Of a stretch of DNA of 64,000 nucleotides, positions 59,660-64,000 are shown one piece after another (position 1 is the first letter of the stretch; every line of letters begins with the position of its first letter). This stretch comes from an uncultured Victivallales bacterium (GTDB taxonomy: Bacteria; Verrucomicrobiota; Kiritimatiellia; UBA8416; JABMPJ01): positions 38,751 through 102,750 of the forward strand of contig CAYFPQ010000001.1 of assembly GCA_964345005.1 (NCBI GenBank), in the 5' to 3' direction. A program made the position numbers and the translations under genes. A model generated the notes under the pieces. It was not told the origin of the DNA. It saw only the letters and a list, made by a program, of their open reading frames with translations, and made no database searches.

Positions 59660-62218
59660 ATGAAGAATATCCAACTTTTCAACGTGGCGCCGTCGGTGCC
59701 TAAAGAGGTCCGTTTTCTCGAAACCTTGGCCAACAACCTCTGGTGGTGTTGGTGTCCCGATGCCATCGACCTGTTTCGGCGTATCGATCCAGCGTTGTGG
59801 ACGGAGTGCAAGCACAGCCCGCTTAAGTTTTTCAGCAAGCTGCCGCCTGAGCGGTTGGCCGAGCTCCCTTCCGACGACGGGTTCATCGCGCATATGGAAG
59901 AGGTGCGTGAACTGTTCGAGGCTCAAGTTCGCAAGGACTGTAAGGGCGAGGATACCTGTGCCGCCCGCGATGGTGTTGCCTACTTCTCGCTTGAGTATGG
60001 CATTCATGAGAGCGTGCGTCTCTACTCCGGCGGGCTGGGGTGTCTGGCAGGCGACCACCTGAAGTCGGCCTCCGATCTGAACCTGCCCCTTGTGGCTGTC
60101 GGGCTTATGTACCGTCAGGGCTATTTCCAGCAGTATCTCGACGAAGACGGGATGCAGCGGGAATTCTATCCCGAGAGCGAAATGCACCACATGCCCATGA
60201 AGAAGGTCTGCGACGGCGACAACAGCCCCATCCAGATCGGTGTGCCCTTCCCGGATGGGGAACTGCGCGCCGAGATATGGCAGCTCAACGTGGGGCGTGT
60301 GCCTCTCTTCCTTCTGGATGCCAATATCCCGGCCAACAAGCCCGAGTACCGTGGCATAACGGCTCAGCTCTACGGTGGCGACCAGGTTATGCGTATCCGC
60401 CAGGAGATGCTCCTGGGTGTCGGCGGCGTACGTGCGTTGCTGGCCATGGGCTTCGATCCGCATGTCTACCATCTCAATGAGGGGCATGCCGCATTTCTCG
60501 GACTGGGTCGTATTGCGCACCTGGTCCAGTCGCAGGGCATCGACACCAAGACCGCGTTCGAGGTGATGTCGCGGACCAACATCTTCACCACGCATACGCC
60601 GGTACCGGCCGGGAACGAGACTTTTCCCGCCACGATGCTTAAGCCGTACTTCAAGGCATTGGAGGCGGAGGTGGGTGTCAAAGCCACCGATGCCATCAAG
60701 TGGGGGCAGACTCCGGGCACCAATCCCGACGAGGACGTGTCCATGACCATTCTTGGCATGCGCTGTGCCCACTTCTACAACGCCGTCAGCAAGCTGCACG
60801 GCGTTGTCGCGCGAAAGATGTGGTCTTATCTCTGGCCGGACCTCCCCAACGAGGAAGTGCCGATCGGACATGTCACGAACGGCGTTCACATTTCGTCGTG
60901 GCTATCGACCGACATCGCGGCACTGTTCGACCGCTACCTCGGACGTGACTGGCGAGATCATCTCGGCAATGAGAACGTCGTCAAGCGTATCGACCGCATT
61001 CCGGCTGACATGCTCTGGCGCACACACGAACTGGGGCGTGCCCGACTGGTCCGCGCCACGCGCGAGCATGGCGAGCAGCAGTATAAGGCCCGCAACGCGA
61101 CGCGGCAGGAACTCGATGCCATATCGTCGGTGTTCGATGCGGACACACTGACGATCGGTTTCGCACGACGTTTTGCCTCGTACAAGCGCGCGACGCTGCT
61201 CCTGAAACACCCGGAACGCTTCGAGGAACTGTTGACTAGCGAGGAGCGTCCGGTGCAGCTCGTATTCGCCGGGAAGGCGCATCCGGCAGACGAGGCCGGC
61301 AAGAACCTGATCAAGGAGATCATTGCTTTTTCGCGCAAGCCCTCGGTACGGCACAAGATCATCTTTCTCGAGAACTACGATATTCAGCTTGCCCGCTACA
61401 TGGTGCAGGGCGTTGACGTCTGGATGAACACGCCGCGCCGTCCGCAAGAGGCGAGCGGTACTTCGGGCATGAAGGCGGCGGCCAACGGCGGCCTGCATTG
61501 CAGCATCCTCGATGGCTGGTGGGACGAGGGTTACACCCCCGATACCGGCTGGGCCATCGGAAACCGTGCGGACTACGTCAACAGCGACTACCAGGACCAG
61601 GTCGAGTCACAAGCGCTCTACAACCTGCTTGAGAACGAGGTCATTCCGACATTTTATACGCGCTCCAAGAGCGACGTGCCCGAGCGGTGGGTGGAGATGA
61701 TGAAGGCGTCGATGAAGATGACGCTTGGTTTTTTCACCACGCATCGTATGCTCGAGGAGTACCGTGATCGGTACTACAGTGCCGCGCTCGATGTCTATGA
61801 CCGCTTGATCGGGGATGACGCGAAGGAGGCGAAGGCACTGGTATCGCAGCGGAAACGGCTTGAGTCGTGCTGGGGCGGTGTGAATATCGAGCTGCCTGTG
61901 CCGGATCGTGACCTGGCCGGTTTGCACGTGGGTGACACGTTCGTCGTAACCAGTCTGGTTGAGCTGGGCGAGCTGACACCGGACGAGGTAGACGTGGAGG
62001 TCTACTACGGGATCGCCGATTCGCAGAACGAGATTGTTGAGAGCGAGGTCCAGGAGATGACCATGGCGGAGGAGCAAGGTGACGGGCGATACCTCTATCG
62101 CCAGGAGTTGCCGTGCAGCAGGGCGGGCCGCTATGGACTGACGGCCAGGGTGGTCCCGAAGGGGTCTGACTGGTCGAGCACGATGCCCGGCTATACCACC
62201 TGGGCCAACGGGGCATAA
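59660..62218 (+). CDS. glgP: alpha-glucan (glycogen/maltodextrin) phosphorylase, GT35, ~850-aa type
   Basis: 'YFSLEYGIHESVRLYSGGLGCLAGDHLKSASDL' N-terminal signature. PLP Lys region '...GTSGMKAAANGGL'. Confidence 0.9.
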   Translation: MKNIQLFNVAPSVPKEVRFLETLANNLWWCWCPDAIDLFRRIDPALWTECKHSPLKFFSKLPPERLAELPSDDGFIAHMEEVRELFEAQVRKDCKGEDTCAARDGVAYFSLEYGIHESVRLYSGGLGCLAGDHLKSASDLNLPLVAVGLMYRQGYFQQYLDEDGMQREFYPESEMHHMPMKKVCDGDNSPIQIGVPFPDGELRAEIWQLNVGRVPLFLLDANIPANKPEYRGITAQLYGGDQVMRIRQEMLLGVGGVRALLAMGFDPHVYHLNEGHAAFLGLGRIAHLVQSQGIDTKTAFEVMSRTNIFTTHTPVPAGNETFPATMLKPYFKALEAEVGVKATDAIKWGQTPGTNPDEDVSMTILGMRCAHFYNAVSKLHGVVARKMWSYLWPDLPNEEVPIGHVTNGVHISSWLSTDIAALFDRYLGRDWRDHLGNENVVKRIDRIPADMLWRTHELGRARLVRATREHGEQQYKARNATRQELDAISSVFDADTLTIGFARRFASYKRATLLLKHPERFEELLTSEERPVQLVFAGKAHPADEAGKNLIKEIIAFSRKPSVRHKIIFLENYDIQLARYMVQGVDVWMNTPRRPQEASGTSGMKAAANGGLHCSILDGWWDEGYTPDTGWAIGNRADYVNSDYQDQVESQALYNLLENEVIPTFYTRSKSDVPERWVEMMKASMKMTLGFFTTHRMLEEYRDRYYSAALDVYDRLIGDDAKEAKALVSQRKRLESCWGGVNIELPVPDRDLAGLHVGDTFVVTSLVELGELTPDEVDVEVYYGIADSQNEIVESEVQEMTMAEEQGDGRYLYRQELPCSRAGRYGLTARVVPKGSDWSSTMPGYTTWANGA

Positions 62219-62247
62219 GCCCACATGCCGAAGGGGCAGAGAGGCAG

Positions 62248-63783
62248 ATGATGCAACGAAATCCGCGCATCCTGATCGTCACTCCGGAGATCACCTACCT
62301 GCCCAACGGCATGGGAAATGCCGCCAACCACATGCGCGCCAAGGCCGGTGGTCTGGCCGACGTTTCGGCTTCTCTGGTCTCGGCGCTTTTCGAGCTTGGC
62401 GCAGAGGTCCATGTGGCGCTCCCGCACTATCGGCGCATGTTCAACGTGGATGTCGGTCGCCTAATCAATGACGAGCTGCGCATCTACAAGCAGGTGCTCC
62501 CCGATTCGCGAATCCACCTGGCCCAGGACCGAATCTTCTACTATCAGAGCGAGGTCTACAGCTCGTCGGTGGACACCAGTAAGCGGCTGGCGCTCGTCTT
62601 TCAGCGCGAGGTGATCAACAACATCGTTCCCAAGGTCAATCCCGACCTGATTCACTGCAACGATTGGATGACAGGGCTGATCCCCGCCATGGCAAGGCGC
62701 CACGGCATTCCTTCCCTGATGACCATTCACAACATCCACACCCAGGAAGTCACGCTCGACCAAGTCGAGGAAACGGGAATCGACGCGGCCGAGTTCTGGC
62801 AGGACCTGTTCTACAAGTGGTATGCCGGCGACTACGAATCGACGCGCTGGAGCAACCCGGTTGACCTGCTCGCCAGCGGTATTTTTGCCTCCCATTTCGT
62901 GAACACCGTGAGTCCTTCCTTCCTCTATGAGGTGTGCGACGGTCAGCACGCCTTCGTACCGCCCTCCGTCCGTAGCGAGATTGCCCAGAAGATGATGGCG
63001 GGCTGTGCTTCCGGTATTCTCAACGCTCCCGATCCCTCGTTCGATCCGGCAACCGACGAGCTGATCCAGCACCGGTTCGGCCCCGACACCCACACCGAAG
63101 CGAAACGGAAGAACAAGCTGCATCTGCAGGAGCGGCTGGGGCTTGTACAGGATGCCGATGCCCCGATGCTCTTCTGGCCGTCACGTCTCGATCCCGTCCA
63201 GAAGGGCTGCCAGATTCTGGCCGATATTCTCTACAACCTGGTTTCGCACTACGAGGACGAGAACCTCCAAGTGGTCTTCGTGGCAGCCGGGCCGTTTCAG
63301 ATCTGGTTTCGTGGGATTGTCAACCAGCACAAACTGCATGATCGAGTGGCGGTGTACGGCTTTGACGAAGAGACCTCGCACCAGGCCTATGCGGGTTCGG
63401 ACTTCATGCTGATGCCATCCCTGTTTGAACCGTGCGGCCTGCCGCAGATGGTGAGTTCCATCTACGGGTCGCTCCCGGTTGTGCATGATACTGGGGGGTT
63501 GCATGATACCGTGACCATGCTCGATGCAGGTCGGGGCACCGGGAACGGCTTCCCCTTCGCGACGTACGACGGAAACGGGCTTTGGTGGGCGATCGAGCGG
63601 GCGATGAATTTCTACCGGCTGCCGGCCGAAGTAAAGGAGGCGCAAATCAGCCGCATCATGCGCGAAAGCACGGCGCGGTTCACCCATGCCAACACTGCGC
63701 GGGAGTACATTGATATCTATGAACGCATGCTCGAACGCCCCCTTGTCGCTCATAAGACGGGACCCGTGGCTGGAACCCTATAG
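62248..63783 (+). CDS. glgA: glycogen synthase (GT5)
   Basis: 'ILIVTPEITYLP...KAGGLADV' matches the KTGGL-type motif. Glycos_transf_1 C-terminal domain. 511 aa. Confidence 0.85.
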   Translation: MMQRNPRILIVTPEITYLPNGMGNAANHMRAKAGGLADVSASLVSALFELGAEVHVALPHYRRMFNVDVGRLINDELRIYKQVLPDSRIHLAQDRIFYYQSEVYSSSVDTSKRLALVFQREVINNIVPKVNPDLIHCNDWMTGLIPAMARRHGIPSLMTIHNIHTQEVTLDQVEETGIDAAEFWQDLFYKWYAGDYESTRWSNPVDLLASGIFASHFVNTVSPSFLYEVCDGQHAFVPPSVRSEIAQKMMAGCASGILNAPDPSFDPATDELIQHRFGPDTHTEAKRKNKLHLQERLGLVQDADAPMLFWPSRLDPVQKGCQILADILYNLVSHYEDENLQVVFVAAGPFQIWFRGIVNQHKLHDRVAVYGFDEETSHQAYAGSDFMLMPSLFEPCGLPQMVSSIYGSLPVVHDTGGLHDTVTMLDAGRGTGNGFPFATYDGNGLWWAIERAMNFYRLPAEVKEAQISRIMRESTARFTHANTAREYIDIYERMLERPLVAHKTGPVAGTL

Positions 63784-64000
63784 CGAGTGCCTTCAGCGGC
63801 GCTGGAACCGTGTCAACGAGGCTGCGGCGCGACTGGCAGCCGACCGGGATCTTTCCGACCACTCCCTGAGCTACGATTACTACGGCCTGCACCGTACGCC
63901 GGATGGCTGGGTCTTTCGCGAGTGGGCTCCGAACGCGACAGCCATCCATCTGCTGGGTCCGTTCAATGACTGGAGCGAGTCTGACGCCTTCTTGATGCGT
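63743..64000 (+). CDS. glgB: 1,4-alpha-glucan branching enzyme, eukaryote-like GH13_8 type, 5' part only (runs off window)
   Basis: Frame-2 translation '...DPWLEPYSECLQRRWNRVNEAAARLAADRDLSDHSLSYDYYGLHRTPDGWVFREWAPNATAIHLLGPFNDWSES' aligns with the N-terminal region of GH13_8 branching enzymes (cf. human GBE1 'DPYLKPY...FQRR...GYESFGVHR...KEWAPGA...GDFNGWN'). No ATG after the upstream stop at 63710; TTG 63743 is assumed. Overlaps the glgA 3' end. Confidence 0.55.
   Translation, partial: MSLIRRDPWLEPYSECLQRRWNRVNEAAARLAADRDLSDHSLSYDYYGLHRTPDGWVFREWAPNATAIHLLGPFNDWSESDAFLMR

Overview
High-GC (~60%) bacterial chromosomal segment; the taxon cannot be determined from sequence alone. Gene order along the window: (1) 1–7.9 kb, a one-strand operon of nucleotide-sugar tailoring genes (DegT aminotransferase, WbqC, TylF-like O-methyltransferase, radical-SAM/SPASM enzyme, BKACE/DUF849 enzyme, NeuD/PglD-like acyltransferase, class-I methyltransferase) convergent with a GT-A-like glycosyltransferase and a HAD hydrolase. 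(2) 8–18 kb, an accessory island with two divergently arranged HEPN/MNT pairs, two AAA_14/DUF4143 ATPase paralogues, HicB with a decayed HicA, a P-loop ATPase disrupted by a MITE, a class-II Fic protein and a large YfhO-like membrane protein whose 5' end is duplicated. (3) 18–25 kb, a Wzx-like flippase, a DUF2961/GH172 protein and a 1,068-aa LamG/FN3 surface protein containing a 20-residue poly-Asp tract. (4) 25–28.4 kb, a region of decayed small-gene pairs (Gfo/Idh/MocA fragment, DUF4160 remnant + DUF2442, DUF5615 remnant, PF01637/DUF234 ATPase, DUF4258/DUF2283). (5) 28.4–37 kb, core genes coaD, rsmD, yceD-rpmF-plsX-fabH-fabD-fabG-acpP-fabF. (6) 37–54.9 kb, CsgG-family lipoprotein, glmM, an LbH protein, glmS, a second polysaccharide locus (2×GT4, acetyltransferase, flippase), esterase, HAD hydrolase, a second Fic, rlmN, thiI and a cysteine desulfurase. 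(7) 55–64 kb, a glycogen cluster with a eukaryote-type two-domain debranching enzyme (1,410 aa), a CBM48 protein, glgP, glgA and a GH13_8-type branching enzyme. The most unusual signal is non-coding: heptanucleotide-periodic repeats are present throughout. They occur as (GGAAGYC)n-type tandem arrays in promoters and in-frame inside CDSs, as a ~240-bp MITE with TIRs (two near-identical copies, one disrupting a gene and one nested in a REP-like hairpin), as related palindromic elements with 7-nt-unit arms inside the fab operon, and as a composite repeat that marks the borders of the small toxin-antitoxin-like cassettes.
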